A stretch of DNA of 54,644 nucleotides, counting the filler, from Sphacelaria rigidula (Eukaryota), in NCBI GenBank assembly GCA_964200075.2. It is 2 parts of 2 records of this genome, joined end to end, with 100 filler letters (N's around TTAATTAATTAA, not from the genome) between each part and the next. Parts side by side here need not be neighbours in the genome. Positions count along the whole stretch, not along the records: positions 1 to 27,287 come from CAXNAA020000121.1; 1 more part is not named here. The stretch is one strand, 5' to 3'. The notes beneath the pieces were generated by a model. It had not been told where the DNA came from and ran no database searches. It saw only the letters and a program-made list of their open reading frames with translations. Position 1 is the stretch's first letter; every line of letters begins with the position of its first letter. Below, piece after piece: positions 1-13,744 of the stretch. A program made the position numbers and the translations under genes.

Positions 1-589
1 GTCGGTACTCGTACGTCACCCCGACCCCGGTTCTACGGAGATCCAGCCTTTCTAGGTATCTGAATCATTCGAACAGAGTTTGGTTTCGTCCAGAGGGATT
101 GAACGCCTCCGGAGGCTTGTTTTCCCCCTGGAGGGCCGCGCATCCCTCCGGAGGTATTTTGGGGGTTAGCCAAATGGCCGCGTGTTTAACCAATACCACA
201 CCCGGCTCGCTATGATCGACTACCTCTTGCGCGATGACGAAATACATTCGTGAGACAGCTGTATCACCGCATGCCGCCGCTGCTATGATGTCAATTTGCA
301 CACTACCCGTTGCCGTACATCATGTGTCCACTGCTGTCCACTGGAAACTACCGTAGGTTGCTTGAGATACCACACCCTCAGGAGCGATTTTCAAAGCTCG
401 ATTACTTTCTCTCGACGAGATGGTTGGAACGCCGCCCAGTTCAGCCCTGGCATCGCTTCAGATGAGGAGTAAGTGAGCTTTGAAAATCTGTCTAGGGGAT
501 GTGGTATCTTATGCGACCTACAATCGTGAGTGAGGATGTCAGTGTGCCAGTGTACTGCTCGGTCTTGTGCACTGCGGCCATAACAAAAC

Positions 590-731
590 AGCCGTATCGT
601 ATCGAATATCGATACTTGATACATATCGTGTCATATTCGGAATATCGACAAAAATATCGATATCGGCGGTTGTGATTCGATTTTCTAAGAATATCTATCG
701 AAGTTTTTTCTCGGTCCGATACGCAACCCTG
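590..731. mobile_element. Probable MITE fragment rich in ATCGATA/TATCG subterminal motifs
   Basis: Clustered tatcg/atcgata motifs end in ccgatacgcaaccctg, directly abutting the truncated SINE copy. Only one terminus is visible. Confidence 0.35.
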
Positions 732-910
732 GCTGAACCCTTCTCGCGATAAAAAATAAACGCAAGCACCGCAGAAGGGACGTGAGGTATTAAAAAAAAA
801 AAAAACTGTGTTGACTTTCCTCCTGTGTAACCCCGGTTGAATCCGCCCAAATATACCGAAAGCTGTAGACCGGTGTCCGGAATAGATGGGACGACAACAC
901 ACACAACGCA
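732..910 (+). mobile_element. 5'-truncated copy of the tRNA-derived SINE (3' half)
   Basis: Aligns by eye with 7012-7200 (gctgaacc..ctcgcgataaa..gcaagcaccgcagaagg..ctcctgtgtaaccccgg..tataccg..gaatag.tgggac) and has a short CA tail. Confidence 0.8.
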
Positions 911-1547
911 CAACATTTATTTGCTAATGACACAACTTTGAGTAATGAGCGTGAACCAGCCTCCCTGTACAGTGTACAACCGTTGTTGTACCGGCGTTCA
1001 TCAGCATTACCGACTGCCAGTGCGTTGCGAGATGATTCGCTAAATGCATATGCACTCAACGCATTGAGGAGGTTAATTTACAGCAGAAGAGCAGCAATGG
1101 TTCGTCCACCTAGATTCTTCTTAAGCAAGCCGCCGGGGCAATGTGGGTGTAAGGCATGCATGAAATTCTACGTGGGCACCGGCTCACGTCTGGACCAACG
1201 GGTCTGAAACATTGGCTACTGAGGAAAAGCAATACGAAAAATGAAAAATATTGAAGTCAGCAGGCACGTTCATCGGTCCATTCCGTTCACCAAAACGAAC
1301 CTTGTGTGCTTTGCCACGTGAAGTTCGTTCCCGTTTAGTGAGAGGTCAGACCCTTTCAACTCAGCTTCTCCTGAGTTCGCCCCACAGTTGCACATTGCGT
1401 GTTGTGGTGCAAGCGATTGGCCAAGCTAATCACCATACTGTGTACCGTTTCAACTTTTCGCTGCGTTCGTAGAGCGGGCACCCGCCGCACAGGATAAATC
1501 GTACAGTGCAGTGCACCACCAGTGCCCGTGTCACTCCGGTGTAAAAA

Positions 1548-4500
1548 ATGTCGTTGCGAATTACCTTCGTGGGCGTGGTGCGCTTCACCGATCGGGTGAT
1601 GGTGGCGGGATACTCTCCAAGCGAGGCGGGCGATGCACTAATCATCAAAGAGGTGAGATCGCAATAAAGCACAACTCAACGACCCAAGAGGGTGCTGGGG
1701 GCGGGAATTACGGATCGCTGATTGTTCCCTACTTTTTACGCGGGGTTGATGCCGACGGTATGGAGCATCCAGGGATCACAAGCATCGATCCGCCCTCTAT
1801 GCTCCCGCCCTGGTGAAGTCGACCTACGTTGCAAGGGATTGCACTGTTACCTACGTTTTTGAGGCGTACAGTAGTGTACGCATCAGTTTGCTGTTGCATT
1901 GTCCTTCCTGCAGTTTTTGGGTACTGGTCGCAGAAGCTGATGTATGCATCAATTTTTCGTCGTCGACAATTCGTTCACCCAACATACAGTCGGAACGCTC
2001 CGCATTTTTTACGAACATTACAGCAGCATTACAAAACAGAGGTAGTCGCCCAAGCCCTAGGGCAGCGTGCGGCTTGGGATTCAGAAGCCGTGCAATAATG
2101 TTGGTGGTATTACAATGTAATTCACCATGTTTGCATGCCAAGAAGTACGGCGTGAGTTTGTGCCACAGCTGCCCGTAGCACATGCCGCCAACTGTTTTTT
2201 ACGCGATACCACGGTGAACTTTCTGCAGCGTGCAACGAAATGCCTCACACCGTTGCGACGGCGGAATCATTTTTGCCACCAATAAATCGCTACATTTGCT
2301 CTTGCCCGTCTAGTCGAGGTTTTTACAATCGAACGTGAAACTCTGATGCGTGCGCATGCCTGTTTCTTTCTTGCATGTATGAAGCACAATGCAGTGGTAC
2401 AACAACTACAGTAGTTTCTTCGCCGACACAGCTGGGTCAAAGGCTTTACAGCTTACATATGTACACAGGGGCCGTGTGTACCGACATGGGGTACAGGCCC
2501 GGTCCGCTTTTTCAAACGGCCTACAAGTACTTGATCCTTTGACCTCCACGGTAGGTCATCTTGGATCCACAGTCATGATCGAAGTGAAAACAATTCCAAT
2601 TCGACAGATAACCTCTCCTGGCTGTGAAAGGGCCAACCCTTGACTCTTTGGTCGCCACGGTGGGCCATCGTAGCTCTTGGACTTGTATGTTATGCGAGGA
2701 ATTGATACTGTTTCAACCGATAACCCACCCTTCGGCCGCCAGCGTGGACCATCCTCGTCTCAAGTGCATTTTTCAAGTGAAAATGATGGCAATTCAACAG
2801 AAGATCCCCTTGTGCGGTCGAGGTATTACCGTTTCCTGCGACTCTCGGGCGGGTTTTCTCGGCTCCTAAAATGGAACGATCTTTATTTTTGTCAAATGCC
2901 TAGGCTAGACTGTACCCGAACCCCAATTCAGCGAATAGTAAGAATCCGTGGTCATGGGGGGTATAAGGGATCCCGTTGGCAAAGCGTGTGATGGTGGAGC
3001 TTAAACCTTAGACAGCGAGCGTCGGCTCGGAACGTATCACAAGCTGACAGTCCAGAGACATCCGGGATCTTCCAGGGGGCGGGGGGGGGGGGTAGTTTTT
3101 TGACAGGGGGGTGAAGGCCTGTTCGAACAACAGCTGAAAAGCTCACCAAGTTGACCGCATGTGTTTGAAAATTTTCCACGGAAAATTATAAGCCAGTAAC
3201 GAAGCTCGAGAGGAGCGGAGGGTCCACTCTGACCAATCACGGCTGTCAGAATGGCTGCCTTGTTTCCCTACGAGATTAATTAACCACTTGATGGGCATGG
3301 AACTTTCTCGTAACTTCACGATTTCGAATAGCTCTAACTCTAACCCTAAGGCGGGGTCTTATTAGAAGTGATTATCACTTTTCAAAAAAAATATTTTGGA
3401 GAAGTGATTGCCCCCACAACGACCAGTGCTGCATCTTATCGACAAGCAGTTTTGTTCAGATCAAAGCCCAGATCTGCGCACAGGTAAAAAATGCGGCGGT
3501 TCTGGAAGTGGCCGCAATCTTTCTGTACTGCTGGGGACAAGACGCAAAGAGGTGGTACAGCGCCGACACACCTAGCCACTAAAACCGACGGATAGACATT
3601 CACCACTTACGCGCATTAGCTCAAACTCTAGATCTTCACCATCGACACACGACAGCCTTTGTTTGACGGAAATCTGCTCAGTATTAGATGAAAGGCGGCC
3701 ACGTGCGTGTCGAATAGCAACCGAAAACGTGATTATGACTGTTTTGAGCGTGTGTTGTGCGCGTCTCACGCAAATCACCATTTCTCACTGAATTCTAAAC
3801 CGATTTGAGCAAGGTCACGCACAGCGTGCTCAGCTGATGAACAGCAATGAATGGAGCGGTGTGTTTTGGTTTGGAAGGGCAATGTGATCCTCAGGCTCAC
3901 GTTTGGTTGTCTTGAATTGTCTGTCAAGACTTCGGTTATGCCCCTGCCAACGGGATGTTTATGTTCCTGTTCAAGGTGTAACAAAACCACTTTTACAAAA
4001 GTGATTTTTTGGCACTTTTCGGGGGGGGGGGGGGGGGGGATCCCCGCAAACCATCATTGGTCGTTTTTTCCCAAAATGAATTCTTTAAAAATTTTGAAAA
4101 ATTTTTAAAANNNNNNNNNNCACACGTTATTTTTTTGTTCCTGTTGAATGTGTAACAAACCTAGTTTTACAAAAGGAATTTTTGGGCCCTTTTCGGGGGG
4201 GGGGGGTGGTATCGCAGCAACCAATCATCGGTCGTTTTTCACAAAAGTGATTTCTTGAAAAGTGTTGATAACTTCTGATAAGACCCTGCCTAACGGAGGC
4301 ATACCGAGAACCCTCGGGCAACGAGAGGTGCAAAGAGTCCTAGGCCAAGTGTGCGTTGCGAGACCTCTAATCCGATGTAGACGGAATCGCGTTCCGCGCA
4401 TGCGAGGAGCACAGCCCCCCAAAAGATCCCGATTTCGGTGTCCACACTCAAACCAAGTCGGAAAGTTCCATGCCTACCAAGCGGTAAACTCTACTGCTCC

Positions 4501-7193
4501 CTACAGTTGGACTACAGATGGCCTACTGCGCTGTCTGGCTTTGTTTCTCATCTCGTGGAGCTGTAGCGTCGAGCGAAAATCTATGGTTGACAGGATGACT
4601 ACGTGATTTTAGAGTGAAAAAAAGTTCTGAGAAATTCAATGGTTTTGGGCAGGTGAGCAGTGGACCCAGCCCGTCCTGAACGTGTTTTTGTCCAACTCGG
4701 TGCCGACGGCGTCGATATGAGGTTTGCCAACGCACACTGCCTAAGAGAACCTTTTCACCCCCCCCCCCCCCTTGCCCGAGGGTTCTCGTAGGCATTGGAT
4801 CGGGGTTAGGGCTAGTGTTAGTGTTACGATTAGCCTGTTCGAAAGATCAACCATAGATTTTCGCCCACAGCTAAAGGTCGCCTTTTCTCATGGTGGTGAT
4901 GACGATTCAACCATATATAACGTGGGCACAAAAAACGTGCGTTTTAGTCTGCTCGTGCTCTATACCGACGGCCTCACCCCTTTCGTGTTGCCGGCATAGC
5001 TTCACTAGCTTCACACTTTTGTCTGTAGTGTTGTGGAACACTAAGCAGAGACATGAGTAGCGCGCAGTAGACTGTGTTCAGTGGAGAGCCATGGCACGCT
5101 GACTGTATCTTGCTGATGTATTCGAAGACATGAAGCATACATGTGGACTGCACGCAATTGAGAGCAGAGTCAAAGCCGATCAGGGACTCTCCGGACTGCT
5201 TTCTATTTTGATGCCCAACACTCACATATTCGTGAACGGAGGCGTTTTGTGCAGCGAGAAAAGAGCTGGTCTGGCCCCCAAATGTGGCACAGTACATCTT
5301 AGTCCACTGACGGGGGGGTCGCTGTCGAAGGGTGGAATATCTTTATGTTCAGCTGATTTCGGCGGAAAAGCGTGCCCGCTGGGCGAGCGCTTGGAATCGT
5401 GAGCCCGTTTAACATCCGAATATGATGGCCCGACAATGAAACCAATCATTCAACCATAACATTTCGAACCCGACTGGGGAAGACTACTACGAGGCTTCCT
5501 ATCTGAGCGGTTTGGCTGCTGACAGTCCAGGGTTTTCCAAGAGTTTCCGAAGGGAGGAGGTGGGTGTCCTTGTTGACAGGGGAAGGGCTGCGGGCTCCCA
5601 GATCCCAGATGGTCGGAAAACTTCCCGCATCAACTATTTTATGCGTAATTCCAGGAAAATTCTAGGTCGAGTATTAGGCTTGATGAGGAGGGGCGTGACG
5701 ATTCCGATTGTTTTAATTATTGATGGGTGAATAGTCTGTCGTGTCCCTTGCAGATTGACTACGTTGGACTATCGCGCAGTCAATCACATGTGTTACCCAA
5801 ACTATTAAGGACGCTCAACCATCGATGCGCACAAGAGGGTAGTACTTTCTCCTCTCCCTTTTCTGTCGAGATGACTGCAGCACACTGCTGTAGGACAGTC
5901 TTTTGCCAAAATAGAAGAAACAAGAATCCATCGGAGTGCCCGCATACAAAAATCATTGCACTTTTGACAGCATCTTCGCTTGTGGAACTCTCCACCGTGG
6001 TTGGATTACCAGCTGTGACAGTTGCCACACTAGCTGGACACTAGACAGGCAGCATGTGCGCTGATCGGCGGCACGTTTGGCTTTGCGCACGAAGTAGCAC
6101 AGTGATGAAGCGATTTTTGGCAACACCGTCGATACGCACGAGTTTCCCGCAGACCAAAATCCGTGCACTAACCCTTCATGCATATCTCGACACGCTGGTG
6201 CACTAGTTCTCGAATCATGTGCAGCTGGGCGGCTGCTGCGCTGGCAAACAACACCGATCTGTTCTGGGATACTCTGTGGATGATGACCATCTATCTATAC
6301 GAACCTCAGTCACATAGCGTGTGTGGGGATGCTTAGTGCGGGAGGTACGGCCATACGTGCGCAGTCGGCGCTGCAAGGCGCCAAAACTTCGGCCACATGT
6401 CATGTGGGGCACAGCCAACAAGCCCATATCGCTGAATCTGGGGTTGCGCGTTGCAGCAGCACACAACGCGGCTAGATGAGATTGGGTTTGAAAAAAGTAC
6501 TTCTTAATTTTGGCGGAAGACTGACGACAGGAACCAGAAATGAGAACAGCGAAAATGCTGTGCCCGATTGGATCGTTACTGACGAGTGTATCGTTTTCAT
6601 AACGTCAGTCAACATCAGGAACCTTGGCGAAATTATATATGAAAAAAATGCCCGTGGTGTGTCAGCAAGTCACTGAGAGAGGCATGGCCGCTGCCTACGA
6701 CGCGGCAGTACCGGTGCTCGACGGTACATGCACACGGCGCACGCTGTTTTCAGCACGGCAGTCATGACCATCATGGGTGCTACTTACACTGCGTTCCATG
6801 CAAACGCACGTCTCTCACCGACATCATATAGAGCGCGCCACGGAGCCGGTCGCCCCGGTGGCTCAGTTGGTAACCTCAAAACTTCTGACGGTTGGGGGTT
6901 CAATTCTCGGAGCGATCTGGGATTTTTTTCTCACACCATGCCCGACAGTGGAGAGCGACTATGTCGTGGGTACACAAAATTCGACTGAACGGTCGACGAG
7001 GGAAAGGGATTGCTGAACCACTCTCGCGATAAATAATGAAATGCAAGCACCGCAGAAGGAAGTTGGGTATCAAAAACATATAATGAAGAAAAAGCTCCTG
7101 TGTTGACCTTACTCCTGTGTAACCCCGGCTGGTGCGCCCACATATACCGGAAGGTGTAGAATGGCGTCCAGAATAGGTGGGACAAACACACAG

Positions 7194-7264
<71 letters not shown>

Positions 7265-10200
7265 GCGAAAAAAAAAAAACGTGGCCCATGTGCAGAGGTT
7301 GGTTTCGATCTATAGGTGATCTGTGGTTATCCTCACGCAATGGGTGTCACGGATGAAACTACTCTGGTCAAAACATTCTGTCAACATAGGTTTATGCACC
7401 ACGAAATATATAGTATGTTGTAACCAGGGGTGTTGGTCGCATGCAGAGAGAAGCTGCTCAGCTACAGGTCCAGGTATACCGGCGTTAACGTCAACCGACG
7501 AAACTGTTCGGAAATGAGGTCCGGCACAAACTTGGCAACACCGTGTTTTTTTTCCAAGTAAGAAGTAATACATGCGAAACGACTGCTCAATGGAGCATCA
7601 TCCACTGATTTCTGTGTAATGTGATGTTAAAAAATCCCTCATCGTCTTCATAGTTGAGGCAAAAGGTAGGTAGCCTTAGCCTTGTTACCGCCACAACATG
7701 TCGGAACAAAATCGCCAGGTGACCTAACACGCCTGTAAGGTCAACGCTACGTATGGCTGATCAGCTGCTCTTTATTTGCGATCACCACACTCAGTGGCAA
7801 CACAACGTACAAGCCGCGCCCCCGACCCCTCATTCATGTGTAGTATTAGTATTCGAACCAAAACAGCCGTATCCGACATGTTTCCAGAGGTCCACCCCGA
7901 GGCTTCATTGGTCGCATCTGGCGCCCAAGTGGTCAGGCCTAGAGTGAACGTGTATGACAAAAGGGATGCTGTACATGGGAACTGAGGAGAACGGTCCTAC
8001 CAGTTTTTCTGCGTCCCGGTTTTGGTTGTCACTTCCACTACAGCAGTATGCATACAGTACAGAAGATCGTTTGGGCACACGGCCACCTTTCGGAACAATA
8101 TCGCCGGCTTATCTTCAACGTTGGCACCCCTGACATTAGACCAGTCTTGCGCCAAAAAAAAAGAAGGAAAAATCGGAACAGAATCCGACATATTTTCGCC
8201 CCAATACGCACCCACACACCGCGCAACCCCAGATTCAGCAAGATGGGGTTGTTGTCTGTAGTCTACATGACATGTGGTCGAAGTTTCAGCACGTAAATGC
8301 ACTGACAGCGCTTGCACGGCCGTGTCTCCTGAAATGAGCACCTCTACAGGCAATACCAAGATAGACTGCCGCGTAGAATGACATCATCCAGAGTGTGCGC
8401 AATACGGATCGATGTGTTCGTTTGCCGGGGCAGGAGCCACCCAGCAGGAAGTGAGCGTATCTGCGTGTCAACATATGCATCCACTGACGTCTCACGCAGT
8501 CTGGGCCGAGGGCACTGCGTTTTGAGGGCGTATCGATGGCATTGTACAAAATCCGTATTTTGCTTCGTGCGTCTAGTGCACCACGTAAAACGTGCCGCCG
8601 CTCCGGGAATATGCTATCTGTGTTGTGGTCTACCTCTGTGCCAAGTTTCAGGCTTGATAGAACAGACACGGCGGAGAAATCCATAAGCAAAATAAACCTT
8701 GATTTGTACTGAAAATACATTACTAAACCCCGTTGAACCGTCGAAAGATACATGAAGTGCGTATGATTTTTGTATGCGGGAATCTTGGCAGTTTACTTGC
8801 TTCTGTTTTTTTGGTGTGAGACTGATACACTCTACGCTGTAGCTGATCAGCTCCTCTTGAGTCTACGGGAAACGCTTCCCCATGACACGATATGCTATGT
8901 ATTTTGCATACCCTGGGCAATGGAATACACAGTCAAAAAGTGCACTGCGTACAGTACCGACTACGGCGCCTATTGCAGCAGACAAAATATTCCATATTGT
9001 ACGCAGTACATTTTAGACAGTGTAATCTTTTGTCCAGGGTGTGGTATTGTGTGGTTCCCAGCCCGTTACTTGTATACATTGATGCCAAGAAAGCCGCCCC
9101 GCCCCTGTGGTAAAGCTGGCATTTCAACGACCACTTCGAACGGATTTTATGGGCTTGAAGTTGGACAGAAACGGCGCTTTTTCACTGAATCTGGTTGTTG
9201 TCGGAATCCCGGGGAGATTTGCATTCAAAAGGCAGCTTGATGAATGTCGACATGCGGTTGAATTGCTATTGAAAATATGATGGAAAAATTGGCAGGTGTG
9301 AACCTGGGGGAAGGAGGGGTGATCACTGCAGACGAACTCGTCTCAAGCAGGGGGGGGGGGGGGGGGGGGGGGGTCGAAGGGTATGATGACGAATAAAATG
9401 AACGATTGTTTTTCACAAATTTCTCTCTGATGTTTGATCCGGGGTCGCTCTGTGGTATGTCGCGCTCCAGGGATGGAGTCTTCTGTTGCGAGGGGCTCCA
9501 GATGGGCGCATGTGTGATGCATATATAGAATGGCGCCCCGCTGGTCTAGTGGTACATTTGCTGTTACCATTAGAGCAGGGGAAACACGCGTTCGTTTCCC
9601 ACCAGATCCGTGTCCTTTGGTTTTTGTCCTCAAGAGTGTCTGACTTCCGTCGGTGAAAGCATGAAAACGTGAGGACCTGACTAGCAAAAAGAGTCTGCGT
9701 GGAGGAGTTTGTTAGGCGCGGGAGTGCTTGTTGTCATGATCCAATCCACGATACTAATATGTGAGGCGCATCGATCCCTCAGGACCACGGATTCATCCCG
9801 AGGAAGAGGACGGGTTAGCGAGAACAAAGAAAATGGGGAAAAGTGTGCTTCAATCAAGATACCATTGTGTAGCTATGATATATGCTGGGAATGTGTGTAC
9901 CGCAAGTTGTGTAAGTTTGCCCACCACCGTACTTAGGCGATTTGCGCAAGCGACTGCACTCGGGCTTCGTCGAGGCAGTCCTGGCACTTGGAGCAGCAGT
10001 GCTTGGCATACCTTGAGCTTGTTTTTTGCTCGTACACTACACGAGACGTGTGTTCCCTCTAGTGCAAACAGTACAGTGTGATGATGGCGAGACTCCGGCT
10101 CGAGCGAACGACAGTCTGCCCTGGACGGCCATGGAATGCCCTGGAGACAACCATGCGTGTTTTGCCGAAACGTGTCTCGTTTCATTTACAGGCAAAACTA

Positions 10201-13200
10201 AACTAGTTTCACTATACCTGAACCTGTGTTCTCTTGATCCGCGTACTGTACCCGCACCGGTGTAACGGTACGTCTTGATTCGTCGTACCACCTGCAGCTG
10301 ATGGCTAACCCAGATACTTTCGTGGAGCCCCGCAAGCGTTACACATCGGAGGGAAGCATGTTTTCGATCCACTACACGGCGGACGACAGCAATCGCGTGT
10401 ACAGCGCCGTCACTGATAAGGAGTATCCCCCCCGCATCGCCTTCGCCATGCTGGAAGAGATGCAGACAAAGTTCCTCACCAAGGTAAAGCGGCTAAATCA
10501 ACTAGTAATTATGCGGATCAAAGAGTGCAGTGCGGCACGGGGTTCTTCTAATGGTTTTGAAACTTTTCTTCCGCCGGGAGTTGTTTCACGGTCTTATACG
10601 GTGTATACCAGTGCTACCACTTCGTGTTTCTTTTTGTCTTCACCCCGTTAAACTCGGGGAAGCAATTTCTCACGTTTTTCTTGGCGCCTCTCTTCTTATT
10701 TTCATTTTGTAGGTAGGCTGGAATCTTGAAAAAAAGTCATGAGTTTTGTAAGGAACAGCAGGGACGGTATTGGAAAAGACGAGCCCGGCCAGTTTTTAAG
10801 GGCTGTATGTAACATACGTAGCTGGTAACGACGTCTGTAACCACGAGTTCGAGAGATCGGACTTATGTGCGGAAATAGTAATACTAAAATAATAAACCAA
10901 CACCGTGTAGCTGTCATGAAATGGGGGAGGTAGCGTTTTTTCCTTGGCACAGAGAAGGCCTGCTCGCTTTGCGTGTGGTGTAGCGGAGTACTACTGTAGC
11001 ATGACGATGTCTGTGAAGTTTGGGTGTGGACCTGCAACATGAACCCGACGAACTACCGTAGCCAATTTGCTGTAGCTCCTCAGTTGCCCCGTGTCGAGTG
11101 AGTTTTGAAGGGTAAGAAGGATCGAAGTCCCGTGGCTGCGTACTCCATGTGCGTCGTTGCACATTTTCTTCTGTCCACGGTAATACGTTCCCTCCGTGTC
11201 TCTTTTCGGGCCCTCCTTCGCGTCCTTCTCTGTTGTTGACCTCCTGGGGTGTTTATTTGATCTTGCGTGCATTATGTGCTTTGTTTATCGTGGTATCTCT
11301 CTTATGGGTTGCAGGTGGGAGACAAGTCTCTGACAGCTAGGGAGGGCAGCCTTTCACGGAGTATGAAGTCGAGCTTTAAGGACTTGTGCGTCAAGTATGA
11401 GGACGTGCGTAACGTGGACAGGATGGCGGCGGTGCAGGCAAGTCATTTCACAATACATGGTTTTTTTTCTTCTCAGGAGCCCTTGCATTTTATTTTTCCC
11501 AGGATAGTCACACCTGTTACCCGCATGGTATATGTCATCCTATATCCCACCATTGCCCCGAGTAAAAGACCGCATGCCACCCCGGACTTGCGGAATGAGC
11601 GCCTCTCAGGGAGGAAGGACTCAGATGTTGAATATATTTATGTTGGTGTGATTTGATTTCCACTTTTTTTGTTTTACCCTCTCCCCGGACCGTCATCCCT
11701 GCCCTTTCAACCCCGTGGCTATTATCCTCCAATCCCCAGTATGGGCTATGGCCATGTTCCTCATTCCTCACCCTCGGCATTGAGTGTCAACGCCCAAAGC
11801 CTGTCGTTCTAATTCCTGCCCGAAGTCCTGCCTCTGTAAGGCTTACCGACTCGAAGTCCACGTCGCATTGTCCTGGGTTAGATAGACCGTACCCATCTTC
11901 CACGAGTGCTGTTCACGTTTGTCATTTTGTCTAATGTAATTGGATGGACTATATTGTGTTCAGTATTGCACTCTATGATTAGTCTTGTCATTTATAGGTT
12001 GTCGGTTAGTGTCAGCGTTGTTTTACGCTGGGCAAACGAAGCTCTTCACGGCGTGGCAACTGTTGGACTCCAGGAAGTGTCTGATCGCGTCTTGTGTTTT
12101 CCTTCGCAGTTGGAGGCATTTGTCCATGTAGTACACGCTGTCACTGCAACATGTATATCTACATGAAACAGTGCATACATTTGTAGAGAAGACATTTCGC
12201 GCCAGCATTTCCAACTCCCAGACGTTCAACATATGGTACGTGATACGACATACATCAACATTTTGGTATCGTTCGCTGTGGGGCGCTGCGCTTGTGCAGG
12301 ACAAGGTGGATGTGGTTAAAATGACGATGCAAGACAACATTCAGCAGATGCTCGCCAACGAAGAGCGACTGGACCAAATCAGCCAGAATGCGGAGAACCT
12401 CAACGAACAGGTGGGTGCGCTTGGACATGACATATCGGAACACAATAAATACAATGTAATTACGCTGCAAACCCTCCGATGCGTGGAGTCAGATTTCGCC
12501 CATCTGCTGCGGAACACTACGATTTTTCAAGGGAACAAAGTCAACTTTGGACTTTTTGTGTGCCCCAAGACGCTCACCACAAACCTGTCAAGGAAGAGTC
12601 GGAAAAAGAGTGCGCAGCCCCAGTACATTCGGAGGAGAGAATGAGAGAGATGAGCAGAAATTTCTGCGGTATAATAGATGGTGCACAGTGCAGCACAAGT
12701 AAATCTGGTGACGGGTCGTGAGTGACGAAGGTGCAGTTTCCCCGCAAGGAGTCTGATCGCAGGGTGTCAGTTCGCTGCGGGGTCTGATCGCGCCGCAAGC
12801 GTACAGCCGGCGTGGAAATACTCGCGCTGTCCACGACATTGAAACCTCTGATGAGGCCCATGTCGTGCGTGGAGGTCTCGGGGTATGGGCAGACGAGCAG
12901 CACACAGCCGGTAATGGTTGTGTGTATATGAGAGTACTCGGCTGTGTTGTCGTTCTACGCGGGGTATGGCTTCGCTTCTTCAGCTTTCGGCTCTCCCCCA
13001 CCGGGAATAAGTGCCTCATGCAGGTCTCTTGTTTTTTTATCTGGTTGTGGTCATGTTGCTTTTGTTGATGCATATTTTGCTCTTGTTGGTTTGATCGGTG
13101 CCGTGCGTAACAGGCGAAGGTGTTTGAGAACCGGTCTTCGGCACTCCGGCGGCAGATGCGGTGCAGAGCCATCAAGGTACGGTACCAAGGATGATGCTGT

Positions 13201-13744
13201 AGCAGCACCAGCAGCACCTGCAGCAGTGGTCGTCGCCGTTGTAGTTATGCTATCAGCAGTACATGTTAGGGGTGATGAAGTCCTCGAAGTGCACTCGGTT
13301 TGTAATTTTTAGTGGGTTAGTATCCACACGTTCACTGTCGTCGTGAAAGCATGCGTTGATTTGTTGTGTGGTTGGTTGGTCCCTGTAAGTATCGAAGCAT
13401 GTGAGGATGTCGTACTTGCGCCAATACATACGAAAAACTGTCGTCTCTGTTTTTTTGTCGAGGATTCGTTGCTGACGCGCCACGTAGGTCCCCGAGTAGG
13501 CTGCGCTGAAGCACCAAGCATGTCCCCCGTTCTTTCCCCGAGCGGTGTTGTGCCGTGGGCCATGCACCTTAAACCCGGATTATTCTGCGGCGTGTCGTTT
13601 CCGCGGAGTCGAAAATGATGTACGCCCATGACAATGTTTGTCTCCTGTGTTCCGTTACAGGCGTGGATGGCGCTAGCATTGGTGGTGATTATCCTTCTCA
13701 TCATCATCATCGTGCCGATTGTTCAGCATGCCAAGAACAATTAA
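1548..13744 (+). CDS. VAMP7: Longin-domain R-SNARE (VAMP7/VAMP71-like), 6 exons: 1548-1652, 10298-10483, 11315-11437, 12300-12410, 13114-13176, 13661-13744 (~223 aa)
   Basis: All exons join in phase 0 with AG acceptors and GT donors, except one GC donor at 11438. Spliced protein: MSLRITFVGVVRFTDRVMVAG... longin (YPPRIAFAMLEEMQ), synaptobrevin coil (VQDKVDVVKMTMQDNIQQMLANEERLD...AKVFENRSSALRRQM), then C-terminal TM (AWMALALVVIILLIIIIVPIV). Confidence 0.92.
4111..4120. other. Assembly gap (10 N)
   Basis: Run of N flanked by poly-G-containing near-duplicate sequence. Confidence 0.99.
6845..7262 (+). mobile_element. Full-length tRNA-derived SINE with (CA)n tail, inside VAMP7 intron 1
   Basis: Pol III A box TGGCTCAGTTGG at 6859-6870 and B box GGTTCAATTCT at 6897-6907. 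The body is shared with 732-910, the head with 27246-27287, and it ends in a long (CA)n. Confidence 0.85.

Noticed and set aside
1-560. Possible exon or TE coding remnant
   Set aside because: Short interrupted frames with no recognisable motif.
3975-4262. Direct repeat flanking the 10-N gap
   Set aside because: Probably the same locus read twice, with low-quality sequence after poly-G. Likely an assembly artefact.
6845-6915. tRNA gene
   Set aside because: It has A and B boxes but no clear cloverleaf and continues into a repeated body with a CA tail, so it is a SINE head.
6900-7340. ORFs with (CV)n runs
   Set aside because: Translations of the (CA)n SINE tail.
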